NCBI GenBank assembly: GCA_012295275.1
Contig: CM022666.1
Span: 5,704,001 to 5,768,000 of the forward strand
DNA: 64,000 nucleotides
Direction of reading: 5' to 3'
From: Chrysomallon squamiferum
Taxonomy: Eukaryota; Animalia; Mollusca
This document shows, piece after piece, positions 12,803-26,198 of this stretch. The stretch's first letter is position 1; each line of letters starts with the position of its first letter. The translations under genes and the position numbers were made by a program. The notes under the pieces were generated by a model, which searched no databases, had not been told where the DNA came from, and saw only the letters and a list, made by a program, of their open reading frames with translations.

Positions 12803-14439
12803 TTTTGTGTACACATGTATGTGTTTGTACAGAAGAATCTCTTTGTGAGTGCATGTGTATAAATGTAAATATGTGTTTGTGATTGTGTTTATGCATGTAG
12901 GTATGTATGTCTATGTATATTTGTGTTTAAATGTGTAAGTGTGCATATTTATTTATGTGTGTCTTTTTATCTGTGTATGTCAGAAATGGTTTTATTCTGA
13001 TGTTGTTCCAAACATTTCATTTTAATTTATTAAAACAAGTCTAAACAAATATAAATAGATGTGTAACTTTGGTACATAATCAATTTAAACTGATTTTCTT
13101 ATTCAGGTAACAGGTACCTAATTAAATCTCTGGATACAAAATAATTAGCTATTTATGAGATCCATTTACGAAATTAGCCAGTTTTTGTTTGCTTGGTTTA
13201 GCCAGGATGTTTAAGTAGCCAGTTTCACTGAGCAGTGATGAGTAGACAAGCATGGTTCATTTAGTCAATTTGAACCAAGCATAGGGCTCACTTGTTTCAA
13301 ATTGAGTTAATAGAATTCAGCTAATTGTTTCGCACGCCGTCTCAAAGGAATCTGTTTAATTAGGTTGATAATGGATGTGAGTCATCTCTTTTTATCGTGT
13401 TAACAACTGTAATCTTCATGTGTGGCTGTTTTTGTCTTTGTCTTTGTCTTTGTCTCAGTCTTTGTCTTTGCAGTCAAGTTATGCTTATTATAGATTTTTG
13501 AGATTAGTATGTTTTTATGCATTTGTTCATGGTGGATTTAAGTATGTTTTCCTGGGAACTCTATGAGATCACAGATTAACTGATGTAGTATTAACTGTTT
13601 GGAATTCATCAAAACAAACTGTACACGAACAGACTTACATCCACACTCACACATACATATACACACAGACAAAGATACACACAACAAGATACATACTCAA
13701 ACATACACATGCATGCATTGCACATACATACATATAGGCCTATTAAATATTCACTAAATACATTGTTAAATTCATGAATCTGAAATAAAAAACCCACACC
13801 AAAAACCCTATGAAAAACTATAACATACAGACATACACACACAAACACACACACACACATGTGCATGCTTGCATACACACATACCCATATGCATGCACAA
13901 ACACATTCATGTACACATATATACATAAACACACATACTCTGAATCACAGCACAAACATCATATTAAACAATATAATAACAGAGACCAGCTCAAGCTGTC
14001 AGTTTTATAGATATAATCAACTAGTGATGTCAACAAACCAAACAATATGAGGAAATGTATGCTGACATTTAGCAGTCTACAGTGAGCATGTCATTCATCT
14101 GCGGTTAACTTTTCCCCTTTGCCAAATGGGGTCATAGCACACAACTACAGCAGCAGATGGCTAAATGATTAACAACTTCGCCTGTAGCTGCTACGTCAGT
14201 GGCTGCAAATTCCAGATGAAATTTACTTTGGCATTTGAACGTGTTGCAATAGGAAACAAACATCATACACAGTCTCCGTGGGAACCACAGTCAGACGAAT
14301 TAGCACCTGTTATTTTTAACTCTCTGCAGGTGAAAATCTGGAGGAGGGTGTGGTGGTTTGGAAAAGATAGGTGGCTTGGAAAGAAAGGGACTGTAGTTGG
14401 AAATAATGGATGAACGAAAAAGGTGGTTTGAAAAGATGG

Positions 14440-14790
14440 ATAAGAGATAAGGGTTCAGAAGGATGGTTTGAAAAGTGGGAGGGGTGTCTAAAGATAAGAG
14501 AATGGAAAGGTGGTTTGAAAAGTGGGAGGGGTGATTAAGGATAAGAGAATGGAAAGGTGGTTTGTAAAGTGGGAGGGGTGACTAAGGATAAGAGAATGGA
14601 AAGGTGGTTTGTAAAGTGGGAGGGGTGACCACGGATAAGAGAATGGAAAGGTGGTTTGTAAAGTGGGAGGGTGACCAAGGATAAGAGAATGGATGGGTGG
14701 TTTGTAAAGTGGGAGGGGTGACTAAGGATAAGAGAATGGAAAGGTGGTTTGAAAAGAATGAGGGGTGATTTTGAAAGATGAAGAAGTGGT
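14440..14790. repeat. 47-bp G-rich minisatellite, about 7 copies
   Basis: Unit TAAGGATAAGAGAATGGAAAGGTGGTTTGTAAAGTGGGAGGGGTGAC. Confidence 0.9.
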
Positions 14791-15386
14791 TTGGAAAAAT
14801 GAGTAGTTTGAATAGAGTGGTGGTGGTTTTGAAAGGAGGAATGTATGGTTAAAATGAGGGAATGGTAGATTATAAAAGAAGGCATGATTTATTGAAAAGA
14901 AAGAATTAAAAAATAGGAATTGGGAAAATTAAAAAGAGGGAATGGGAAGGTTAAGAATAACGAATGATGGATTGAAACAAGTTTTTGAAGAAGTGAATGA
15001 TGTTGTTTGTAAAGAAAAAATGGTGGATTCAAAAGAAGGAAGATTTAAATGAAAAAAAAAAACGAACAAAAACAAAACGGAAGATTATTTTGAAAAAAAA
15101 TGAAGAATTCTCTGAAAAGAGAGAGCATAATTAAACATGATAATTGAAGAACAAAAACTTATCTTAACATATTTTAAAATATTTTAATTTTGCCAAACTG
15201 ATACTGTTAAAAGTCGTGAAACATCAGTTTTAGCACAGTTAAAATTAAACAATGATAGCAGTTCAACTGTGGTTGCGAATAACAGACAAACTGTCACTCT
15301 ACCATCAGTCTACACCAGACTGAGTTGGTGTTTAGCAAATAATAATTTATGAATTACTATTTTGACCTGACAATATTTTTATTTTA

Positions 15387-15439
<53 letters not shown>

Positions 15440-17233
15440 TGATAAGAAAAAGATGGATTTATTGTACTTTGAAATTATATAATTATCATAAATGTTAATC
15501 ACTGCAATAAAATAATGATAGAATTTGAAATGGTATGCTGAAAATAGTCTTATAAATAACTTTAAAGAATTTTATGTCACAGCCAAAATCTCCAAAATCC
15601 AAAAAGAAAAACAAACAAAAAAAAAATCCTTTACCAAAAATTGGAATAATAATTAAATAAATATATAAATAAATATTTTTGTAACAACCTCCCTCAAAAA
15701 AACGTTTTTACAAATATTCTGTCCATATTAAAATAATTATAATAATAAAAATAAAAAGAATAATTTAAGAAAACCCAGCAGTTAACAAAAACAACAAGAA
15801 GAATTCTAAAAGCTGAAGAATAAAAACTCTTGCTGCATCAGATGGAAATGTTTAACTTTCAGTACAGCATCTTGTTTCTGCAAAAGATTAATTGCTTTTG
15901 TTTTTGTTAATGTTTTTTCTTCTTCTGGAATTCTTTACTTTAGTTAGCTAACTCATTTTTGAGCCGTAACTTTGAATGTGTATGCCTTGTGTAAATAGCG
16001 TATTTTGTTCACCAAATTCATCGTGGAGTTGTAATTTTGACTAGGTACATGTCATAAATACAAATAAATGATATGTCTAGTTAGTTATTTGATACTAGAG
16101 ATATAAATCTGAAAAATTACATATTGCAGTACATAGAGCCTAATTATATTTTGTGTGTTTCCAAGTAATTATGTTGTTTATTGTTAATGTGAAATACAGG
16201 TATATAAAATTATTGAATGTATTGGCTAATGGCTGATTTATTTACATGTTGTGTTAGAGTTAGAGTAATTAGATTTTCACAATATTGTTAAAATGTTCAG
16301 TTCAGTATCTTTATATAAATAAATAAAGTGATTAGCTTTCAAAAATAGCCTAAAACATTTTGATATAGTTGCAAGTGCCAAGAATTTCAAAAATAATAGA
16401 GTTTTGTCCCAAACTTTTGCATTTGTCCATCATTTATATGAGTGATATTTTATCAAAATTGGAGATGGTCTTCCAGGAAGTTCTGGTTCAGTTGCATGGA
16501 ATGATCCCATTTATTATGTTATATATTTTCATAAATGTTTGATAAACATTGAAGTACTAGCAGCTTGGTTATACTTTTAATATTATATTTCCAAATTATA
16601 ATATTTGTTTGTTTTATTTCTTGCTAAAATATAATAATATAGAAAACTAAAATAATTAGAATACCCCTTAAAAACAAGAAAAACAAAAAAAAGTCTCAAC
16701 ACATACAAGCAAAAATTCTAATACTGTGATGAACAGATACCTAATAATTGTAAATTTTGTTTGTTGCTCAAGCTTTGCTAATAATAAAGTTCCATTACAT
16801 TACAGAGTAATAAACTAATGTATAACCACCAGTCTTTTTCCTCTCTTCAGTGTACTTTAGTTGAAGCATATTATTTTTTTTTTTAAAGTCTATAAATAAA
16901 ACTATGTATTGCCAGTTTTCTTTCATTTTGTTGGTGTTAGAGTTGTTTTTATTTCACAAATGAGATTTATTTTCTAAAACATATTTAATTTTATTATATA
17001 TATATATAAAAGAAAGAAAGAAATAAAAAATTAAAATAAACAAATAAAAAACAGAACCAATTTCCAGAACAAAAGAAATGACTACAAAATATTTTATATG
17101 ATAGCAACAATAAACTTATTTAAAAAAAAAATAAAACATATACAAAGCAGAATTAAAAAAAAAAATAAAAATCAAAGAAAGAAATATTTTGAATGTCCTA
17201 AATCTAATAAATATTCTATTTTTCCCATTCCAG

Positions 17234-17406
17234 CAACCGACACCTGCCAAGAAAATTCACACTGCCTGCTCCACGGTCCCGAAAAATGCATTCAGCGAAG
17301 CCAACAGCCTGATGGTGCGTCAGTGTATTAAAACCTACACCAGTAAATGTCACATGATTAACTTCAAGTACCATGCATACGCAGGAAGCTACCAGCAGCT
17401 GCCTAA
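17234..17406 (+). CDS. DOCK9: DOCK-D exon 3
   Basis: QPTPAKKIHTACSTVPKNAFSEANSLMVRQCIKTYTSKCHMINFKY...QLP, phase 0->2. Confidence 0.93.
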
Positions 17407-18044
17407 GTAAGTACAGGATCGTGGGGTTAGGTAGTATCGTTGTGTGTTTGTGTACGTTCATATATGTGTGTGTGTGCTATTTGTGTCACTTCCTAAAACA
17501 GTTGTATGTCAGAATGAACTTTGACACAAAGAATATGTATGTAAAAAAATAAAAAAAAAATGAAAAAAAAAAAAATATTGTATAATAATAATAAAAAAAA
17601 AAAAAAAAATCCCAATTGACCCATAACAAACCCTACAGAAAAACAACTTAAAAAACCTGTAAAAAAAACCTACAAAAGAACAACCAAATAAACAACACAG
17701 AAAAAACTCATTAAAATAAAATACAAAAAAATCTAAATAAACTGATTGAACAAACAAATAATACAAACAACTCCATTTTTCCACCCCCTCCCATAAAAAA
17801 ACCCAAAAAAACAATAAATAAAAATATAACAAATAATATTTATGAAAGAAGGAAAAAAATTACAGAAAAAAAGAAAGAAAAAAAAAAAAAAAACATGTCC
17901 ACTACAGAGTATTGATCCTAGGATCCATTACACAACAATGTGAGTGTTTTAACCAGTGAGCAGTCTTTTAAAAATTAATGTAAAAATAATGGTTTTGTTT
18001 TAAAAAATTTAATATTTTATTTTATCTCATTTGTTTGTTTTCAG

Positions 18045-18114
18045 TGCTAAGAAACAAGCCCCACTGTTAGAACAAGTGTTTGAGATTGATGCAGAAGATG
18101 AAGAGAAAGATGAT
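18045..18114 (+). CDS. DOCK9: DOCK-D exon 4
   Basis: AKKQAPLLEQVFEIDAEDEEKDD, phase 2->0. Confidence 0.9.
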
Positions 18115-18506
18115 GTAAATTATTTATTTATTTATTCATTTATTTATTTATTCATTTATTTATTTATTTATATTTGTTGCTTTATTTATTTATTTTTCAT
18201 TTAAATTAATTTATGGTCTTCATTTTGTAACAATTTAATTTTTATTTTTTTTATTTAGTTTTCTTAACTTTTCTTATTTATATATTTTAATTATTATTGT
18301 GTTGTTGTTTTTTTATAAAACATCACATTTATTATTATTATTTCTTTTATAATTATTCATTTATTTTATTACAATTATTTATTATATTTATTTTTATTTT
18401 TTGTTATATTACACTTATTCATTTATTATTATTATTATTATTATTATTTATTTTATTACAATTATTCATTTATTTTATTTATTATTATTTTTTGTTATAT
18501 TACACT

Positions 18507-18509
<3 letters not shown>

Positions 18510-18550
<41 letters not shown>

Positions 18551-18606
18551 TATTAATATTATTATTATTATTATTATTAATACTATTATTATTATTATTA
18601 TTATTA

Positions 18607-18703
<97 letters not shown>

Positions 18704-18780
18704 TACTATTATTATTATTACTATTACTATTACTATTATTATTATTGATATTGTTATTGTTATTGTTATTGTTATTGTTA
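18510..18780. repeat. (ATT)n compound microsatellite; similar tracts at 4093-4160, 4979-5090, 46990-47310, 60485-60713; (ATCT)n at 19285-19480
   Basis: Directly visible; source of the poly-I/L/Y/N pseudo-ORFs. Confidence 0.95.
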
Positions 18781-18791
18781 CATATTTTCAG

Positions 18792-18887
18792 GACACGCTG
18801 GGGCGCAGTCACACTTCGACCACAGAGAAGAAAGGCTGGCTGTACAAAGGTCCAGACGGTGGGAAGGACAATCCAATTTTCACAAAG
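18792..18887 (+). CDS. DOCK9: DOCK-D exon 5 (PH domain start)
   Basis: DTLGRSHTSTTEKKGWLYKGPDGGKDNPIFTK. Confidence 0.9.
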
Positions 18888-19307
18888 GTTTCATTTCTTT
18901 CCACTTAGAGAATTCCGAGATCGAAGCAGTGTAGTTCCATGCTTACAATTATCTTATTGGGAATCAAGTAAAACACAATAAATAAGAAAATAGAATAATC
19001 AGAAATGAAACCAAACATAATTATCATGTATTGTTATTATTATTATTATTATTATTTTTTTTAATGAAGATATATTTACATCTGCATCTGTGTATGTAGT
19101 ACCACCAATGCTTTCCAGTTCTGCCTATCCACATGTGTATCTATCTGTCTGTTTGCCCCTGATATCTCTCTGTCTAGGTGTCTGTTTTTCCATTTGTCTA
19201 GCTCTGTCTGTAATTCTATATCATTGTGTGAATGTTTATCAATATCTGACTATCTATCTGTCTCTGTCAGTCTATCTTTGGCTGCCTATCTATCTGTTTA
19301 TCTATCA

Positions 19308-19355
<48 letters not shown>

Positions 19356-19648
19356 GTTTATCTATCTGTCTATCTATCTGTTTATCTATCTGTCTATCTA
19401 TCTATTTATCTATCTGTTTATCTATCTATTTTCTATCTATCTGTCTATCTGTTTATCTATCTATCTATCTGTCTGTTTATTTATCTTCTATCTTTGTCTA
19501 TCTATTATCTTCAAATTATTTTATTTAGTTATTATTTATTTATTTCCTTTATTATTATTATTATTGTTGTTGTTGTTTTTTGGGGTGTTTTTAAAATTTA
19601 ATTATTATTATAATTATTTTATTTATTTACTTTTTTTTTTTCTAACAG

Positions 19649-19780
19649 CAATTCAAAAGACGCTACTTTGTTCTCAAACAACAGACAGATTTCACATTCA
19701 TTCTGGCTTTCTACAAAGATGAAAAGAAGAACGAAGCTAAGGGGGAGATCTACCTGGACTTGGCAGTGGAGGCTGTCAAG
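19649..19780 (+). CDS. DOCK9: DOCK-D exon 6 (PH domain)
   Basis: QFKRRYFVLKQQTDFTFILAFYKDEKKNEAKGEIYLDLAVEAVK|GTGAGT. Confidence 0.93.
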
Positions 19781-20022
19781 GTGAGTGTATTAAATAAATA
19801 AATATATCAAGATATTATTACTCTTTCTACTGTCACAAATTAGTGGGTGTTACCTTCTAATTCCTTAGCAATATAATTCTCAGAATATATAATTAAAAAA
19901 TAGCAGAAAATACCACATCAGTTCAGAATTTCTCACACATACACATGCCCACATATGTATATTGTGTGTGGTTCATATATATATTTTGTTTTATTTATTA
20001 TTTATTAATGTTTTTCCCCTAG

Positions 20023-20188
20023 AATCAAAAGAAAGGCAAGTTCTGTTTTGAAATTCGAATGCATGACCGACCTCCCAGCCTATTCGCTGCTGAGAATGAG
20101 GCTGACTTGGATGATTGGATAAGAGTGTTGAACAAAGTGATCAATGCAGCAGAGACAGCCAGTCAAGTTTCCAGAGAGAGCATAAGAG
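20023..20188 (+). CDS. DOCK9: DOCK-D exon 7 (PH domain end)
   Basis: NQKKGKFCFEIRMHDRPPSLFAAENEADLDDWIRVLNKVI..., phase 0->1. Confidence 0.93.
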
Positions 20189-20654
20189 GTTAGGACAAAA
20201 TTCTTTAATAAATTAATAAAACAAAGAATGAATAAATGAAGGAAAGATAATCCAAAAAAAAAAAAAAAAAAAAAAACCAACAATTTATTTCATGCTTGAA
20301 ATGTCTTGAGTAAATATCTGCTTGTGTCATAAGTAGCATGTTTATAATTATATTAGTAATACAAACATAATTTTTGTTTGAATAATGATCTGCTTTGTTA
20401 TAGAAATAAAAATACTTTTCTTACTTTAAACCTTTGTTAGTTTGAGATCATGAATTCTTATTCTCAAGTATGTGTCAATTTGTTGCTGCCAATCCATAAA
20501 CTGTTTGTACCTTCCCATATAAAAGAATCTATGTTGGCAAGATAATGACCCTCTCATATGTAAAGAATCGGTATATAAAAAACTAGGAAAGTTAAAATAT
20601 CTGTACTGTTTTCTAAACTGACTAAATTATAGTACATTTTAAAATATCTCTGGG

Positions 20655-20695
<41 letters not shown>

Positions 20696-20712
20696 TTATT
20701 TATTTTTTTAAG

Positions 20713-20780
20713 ATGAATCAACTCCTACTGGAAAGCCAGAAAACTACAAAGAAAGCAGCATAAACCATCCTGTTGTAAAG
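20713..20780 (+). CDS. DOCK9: DOCK-D exon 8
   Basis: DESTPTGKPENYKESSINHPVVK, phase 1->0, AAG acceptor. Confidence 0.85.
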
Positions 20781-20923
20781 GTATATAAAAATAATTTTAA
20801 AACCCCCAAAACAGTTCTTTTTCTTAACAGTCAAATACAAATACAAAGGCTTTTTTGTTTTTTCTAATGTATAAATATTTAGCACACATTAACTCCTAAA
20901 CCATGTTTTGTATTTTTATTTAA

Positions 20924-20955
<32 letters not shown>

Positions 20956-21075
20956 CTCATGCATTCAATGCAATAACTACAAGGTTTCTTTAAGCTTGTT
21001 TTTGAATTACTGGTTTGCTTAATGTAATTTTTTATTTATGAAGTCCATGTCATGTTTTTTCCTTCTTTCTTTTAG

Positions 21076-21159
21076 TATTCCAGAGAGACTGACAGATCCC
21101 TGGCCACAGCAAGACTTGAAAACAGAATGAATATGTTTTCTATTTATCCAGAAATGAGG
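21076..21159 (+). CDS. DOCK9: DOCK-D exon 9
   Basis: YSRETDRSLATARLENRMNMFSIYPEMR. Confidence 0.9.
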
Positions 21160-21900
21160 GTAAGATCTGACAGTTCAGAAATTAAAATAATCATTTTTTT
21201 AAAGCTTATTTATTTTATAATAGATTATGATACCTGAATGAACAGTTTTGTAAAATGTCTATTGAAAAAATAATAAAGAAAAAAAACAACATTAATGGTT
21301 TTAAGAATATATGTCAAATCATTCTTTTCATTATATTTTATTTTTCTTTATTTTTATTTTTCATTTTTTTCATTTGAAAACAAATTGTTTAACAATTTGA
21401 AAAAAAGGACAGAAGAAATTAAATAAAATAAAGTAAAAAAAAATGAAAATAATGTGAAATAAGCTATTAAAAGTGAAATTATTACTCAAAATAAAGCCTC
21501 CCAAAAAAGTAAAAAGGAAAGTAAAAATAAAGTGAATTCAAAAATAATAAAAAGTAAAATAAAATTAAGAAAAAAATAGGATAAAAAAAACGGGGAAAAA
21601 ACAAACCAAAAAACTGAATGTAAAATAAAAGATAAAGGTATGATAAAGTAAATTAAAATCGTAAAATAAAGAAAAAATAACTATAGAAAAAAAAAAATAA
21701 GCAAAAATAACAATGTAAGTATAATAAATTAAATTAAAATAAAAATAAAAAGTAATTTGAGGTAAAAAGTTCAGTATTTCAAATAAATAAATAAACAAAC
21801 CAATGAATCAAATCTCTGTAAAAACAAATTTTAACCTCAGTGAAATGGCATCACATTTCATAAACTTGAAGACACTTAAATTTGGTGTTTTCATTTCTAG

Positions 21901-22059
21901 AGATGTGTTGATGATGATGAGGAAGACGATGTCATCGAGAGTGAGATTGATTTGTTTCCTGCAACAGACGCTGAGAGATTCTGCTTAGAACTTGAACAGT
22001 TCCGTCTCAAACTACAAGTCAATCTCGCAGAAGAAGGTCAAGGACACAAAATCTGTAAT
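21901..22059 (+). CDS. DOCK9: DOCK-D exon 10
   Basis: RCVDDDEEDDVIESEIDLFP...FRLKLQVNLAEEGQGHKICN. Confidence 0.9.
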
Positions 22060-22562
22060 GTAAGATAAAAAACTATAATTTGCTTTAATCTGTTATCGGG
22101 TAGATTCCTCTGTAATAGAAAAGTAAGGATATTTAATGTTTTGTTCATCAAGTTGCTACACACATTATCAGGAAGATAATAGTATCATATAGGCTTTACA
22201 GAGAGAGAGAGAGACAGAGAGAGAGAGGCAGAGACAGAGACAGAGACAGAGACAGAGACAGAGAGAGAGACAGAAAGAGAAAGATGTATTCACCATTGAT
22301 CCTGAGTGGGATAAATCTGATATCTTAAGACAGTAACTGGTTGTTTCTTTTGTCCTGCAATCTTAAAAGATACAAAATTAAATGTAATTAACTGTTTTAT
22401 TTCTCAACTCACTTTCTCTCAACAATACACATACTGATTTTGTTTTTGCTTAAGTAACAACAGTTTATTTGTTTAACATAACGTATTGCTATATTAATTT
22501 TATTGTTATACTAACATCATAATAATTAGTTACAATACATCAACTCTTATTTTCTTTTCCAG

Positions 22563-22781
22563 CCTGAACCGTTTTTCATCTCATTTGCGCTGTACGATGC
22601 CAAGGAGGGTAGAAAGATCTCTGAAGACTTCTTTGTCGATCCGAACGAACCAGAAATCAGCGGAATGATTCCAAACGATTTACAGCAAGCCGCTGATCAC
22701 CTGCATTCTGTGGAAGGGAAAAGTAACTCTCCCGATTTACACGGATTGAAAGACGACTGGCTGAAGTCAAAGAAACGAAAG
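22563..22781 (+). CDS. DOCK9: DOCK-D exon 11
   Basis: PEPFFISFALYDAKEGRKISEDFFVDPN...WLKSKKRK. Confidence 0.93.
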
Positions 22782-23139
22782 GTAATTTTAAACTTTTGTA
22801 AAAACTTTAAAAAAAAAAAAAAAAACATTTAATAAAATTTCTATCTGAGTTATTTCCAGGTTTTGTTTTGTTTAGGGTTAATGTGGAATTTTTTTAACCT
22901 CGTTAATTTAAAAAAAAAAGATTTATTATTAGTTGTCATGATTTTTTTTTTATTTACTTTTTATTATAATAATCATTGTACCCTGAATGGTAACAGAATA
23001 GCCCTTATTTTACTGTGAATTTTTATTGATCCATTACAATGAATCACCATAGATGAAATTTTTTTTTAAAATTATAATAATATATTATTAGTTTGTTTCT
23101 GAACAATTCTTAGTGTCTAATTTATTTAACAGAAATACT

Positions 23140-23660
23140 AATACATTATTGATTTCATTCTGAAATATTTCTAATGTTATTTAATTTAGTTTTAATGTTT
23201 TGTTTTTAATTTCATTCTTAATTATTTCCAGGGTCTATTTTATCTAGTTTTATTCTAATATATTATTAATTTCATTTGTAATTATTTCTAATATCTATCT
23301 TATCTAGTTTTATATCTGATATATTATTAATTTCATTCTGAATTATTTCCAGGGTCTATTTATTTTTTGTTTTAATCTAATATAATATTAATTTCATTCT
23401 GAATTATTTCCAGGGTCTATTTTATTTAATTTTAATTTAATATATTATTAACTTCATTGTGAATTATTTCCAGGGTCTATTTTATTTAATTTTAATCTAA
23501 TATATTATTAACTTCATTGTGAATTATTTCAAGGGTCTTATTTTATTTAATTTTAATCTAATATATTATTAACTTCATTGTGAATTATTTCCAGGGTCTT
23601 TTTTTTTTAAATTTTAATCTAATATATTATTAACTTCATTGTGAATTATTTCCAGGGTCT
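23140..23660. repeat. 60-61-bp tandem repeat containing the exon 12 acceptor
   Basis: Unit ..ATATTATTAACTTCATTGTGAATTATTTCCAG|GGTCT.., about 8-9 copies. Confidence 0.92.
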
Positions 23661-23858
23661 GTTTTCTGTGATACAAAGACACTCAGAGATCTACCTGGTG
23701 GCGAAGATAGAGAAAGTTCTGCAGGGCAGTGTGTCGCAGTGTGTCGAACCCTACGTTCGCGTCACTGACCCTCGTGTGGCATCCAAAGTACATCGTCAGA
23801 TGAAGCAGTTTTGTACTCACATAGGTCACCACAGGATGCCGTTTGGCTGGTCTGCAAG
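23656..23858 (+). CDS. DOCK9: DOCK-D exon 12
   Basis: GLFSVIQRHSEIYLVAKIEKVLQG...HRMPFGWSAR, phase 0->2. Confidence 0.93.
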
Positions 23859-24580
23859 GTCAGTGATCTCATTTGCATATTCTCTAGTCCAGTGGTTAAA
23901 ATGCTGTTTATTCGAAGTTCTAATTTGCATATTCTCTGGTTAAAGTTGTCGTAGATCTGTTTTGCAGTGGAGCAGGCTGTTGTTCTAAGGTTAAATTGTG
24001 TGACTGGTCAGTGGATCAGTACTTCTCAGGGTCCCTGCTGGTCTCTCAGTTAAATGAGCACTTATTGGAATGGGTAAAAGCTGAGGAGTATTGATTCATT
24101 CTATCATTTTGCCAGGTATCAGGATTGTTCTCCAGTCCATTCATAAGAAGATATTAGCAGTCTGATAACTCAGTGATTACTTACACACTAACCTTTATTA
24201 TTTTTCTGGTGACAGTATTTTGAAATCACATAAATTAATAACTGACTTGCCATTTCTGAAATATACTTAAGTAAATACAGATTATTTGTTTGTTTGTTTG
24301 TCTATTTATTTATTTAAATTAAAACAGAATATTGTTATCTAACATCAGGTTTTTTTCGGACTAAATTCTTTGAAATTTTACACTTTATTTAATATTTCAT
24401 TATCTTTTAAATTTAAAAAAAAATAAAAAAAAGTATTTCATTTGAAGTATTTGTAACTTGTTTTAATTTTTGTTATTATAAACTTACATTTAATCGCTTA
24501 GTTTTATGTGTATAAATTCCATTCAGAGAAATTTTTAACTTGGTGATTTCAAATTATTTTAAATGTTTTTATTTGTCCAG

Positions 24581-24688
24581 GAATCTGACATCTTCTGCAT
24601 CAGGAACCTGGGATCTGCCCATCTACAAGCAGGACAGCGTCAAAATGACTCAGGAGGAGATTATTCGCATGCTTCAGGATATCAGAAA
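24581..24688 (+). CDS. DOCK9: DOCK-D exon 13
   Basis: NLTSSASGTWDLPIYKQDSVKMTQEEIIRMLQDIR. Confidence 0.9.
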
Positions 24689-25341
24689 GTGAGTTTGACT
24701 CAGGAGTTTTCTGTTTTTCTGTTTTAGGAAAAATGGTTTCCTGATTTTAATTTACAGTATATTATTGTGCAAATGATTAAAATGAATTTCATACATTCTT
24801 TTATGAATGAGTAAGATCTCCTTTGCTCGTTATAGAATAATATTAATTTCCTTGAATAGATTTTTGTAAATTTTATTGTTAAGAACATTAAAAATACATT
24901 TTAATATGATATTAATGGAATAGATTTTTGTACAAACAATTGGTTGTTAACAACATTATAAATATATTTTAATATCATATTAATTTGCATGAACAGATTT
25001 TTGTACAAATAAATGATTGTTAAGAACATTAAAATAAATTTTAATATATTAATTTGCTTGAATAGATTTTTGTATAAATAAATACATGTCTAATGCCACT
25101 TTCACCTATTTTAATATAAACAGATATCTAGTGTCTTTATTATTATTTTTGTAATAGAGGACATTCAGATATCATCCATATTGTCTTTTTATAATGATGA
25201 CAAAGTATACTCTCTTTTAACACTTAAATAACCTTAAGTAATATTTTATCCATCATTGCAGAGGTGTTTCATTTGTAAATTTGGTTATTTATATTAATAT
25301 ATATTTAAAAAAACAAAACAAAAATTTCCTTTCTGTTTCAG

Positions 25342-25424
25342 GCCAGAAAAGTTAAAACTACAAGTGATTCCTGGAATCTTCAGAGTCAAGTTTCATAAGC
25401 TCGAATCTGGTGCTAGTATAGCAA
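25342..25424 (+). CDS. DOCK9: DOCK-D exon 14
   Basis: PEKLKLQVIPGIFRVKFHKLESGASIA. Confidence 0.9.
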
Positions 25425-26010
25425 GTACGTTTTAAAAATGGTCTTAAAAAAAAAAAAGCCAAAAAAAATTTAAAAAAATTAATTCAAGTAAAATAGATGA
25501 AAATAATGAATGAATTAAAAAATATATAAATAAATAAGTAAAAGTAAATAACAAACAGGCTTGACTTTTTTCTGTGCACAACTGAATGAGGCAACTGCTA
25601 CTGCTACTTCTGTTTCTACAACTACTACTTCTACAACTTCTACTACTACTACTACTAGTACTAATAAAAGAATAATATAGTATTTTTTAAACTTCCATAT
25701 ATAAGTGGGATGCTATTCAATTATTATTCTGAAACAATATAATTTCTCGATTGTTGTATTCTGGAATGTTCTACATTGTATTTAGAATATTCTGGGTTGT
25801 TTGTGTAAAATATATATATATAATTTTTGGATTATTTCAGGAATGATATTTTTGGGGTCCTTTTCAAAAAAACAAAACAATTATTAGTCTGTTTTAAAAT
25901 TATTATTGTTATGCTTTTCATTAATTACTCTTTACAGTATTGACTTCGGTTTAACAAACTTCAAATTTGTTTTAATTTTTTTTTTAATTTTTTTTTTTTT
26001 TAAATTACAG

Positions 26011-26198
26011 ATGCAGTTTCTTCATCTCTAGTACCCATCCTTCCATTTCCTAACCCACCGACACATGTACCCACCTTTGAAGTGGAGGAGTTCCCGCCTG
26101 AACGTGCCTCACTATGCAGTACCTTCAGTTTCTATCGCAACAATCTTTATGTCTACCCTCTTCAGCTGAAGTACGATGCCCAGAAGTCTTTTCCGAAG
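26011..26198 (+). CDS. DOCK9: DOCK-D exon 15 (DHR-1/C2 start)
   Basis: AVSSSLVPILPF...FYRNNLYVYPLQLKYDAQKSFPK. Confidence 0.93.

Noticed and set aside
17890-17965. tRNA-like sequence on the minus strand
   Set aside because: Cannot be folded into a convincing cloverleaf; more likely a decayed SINE head.
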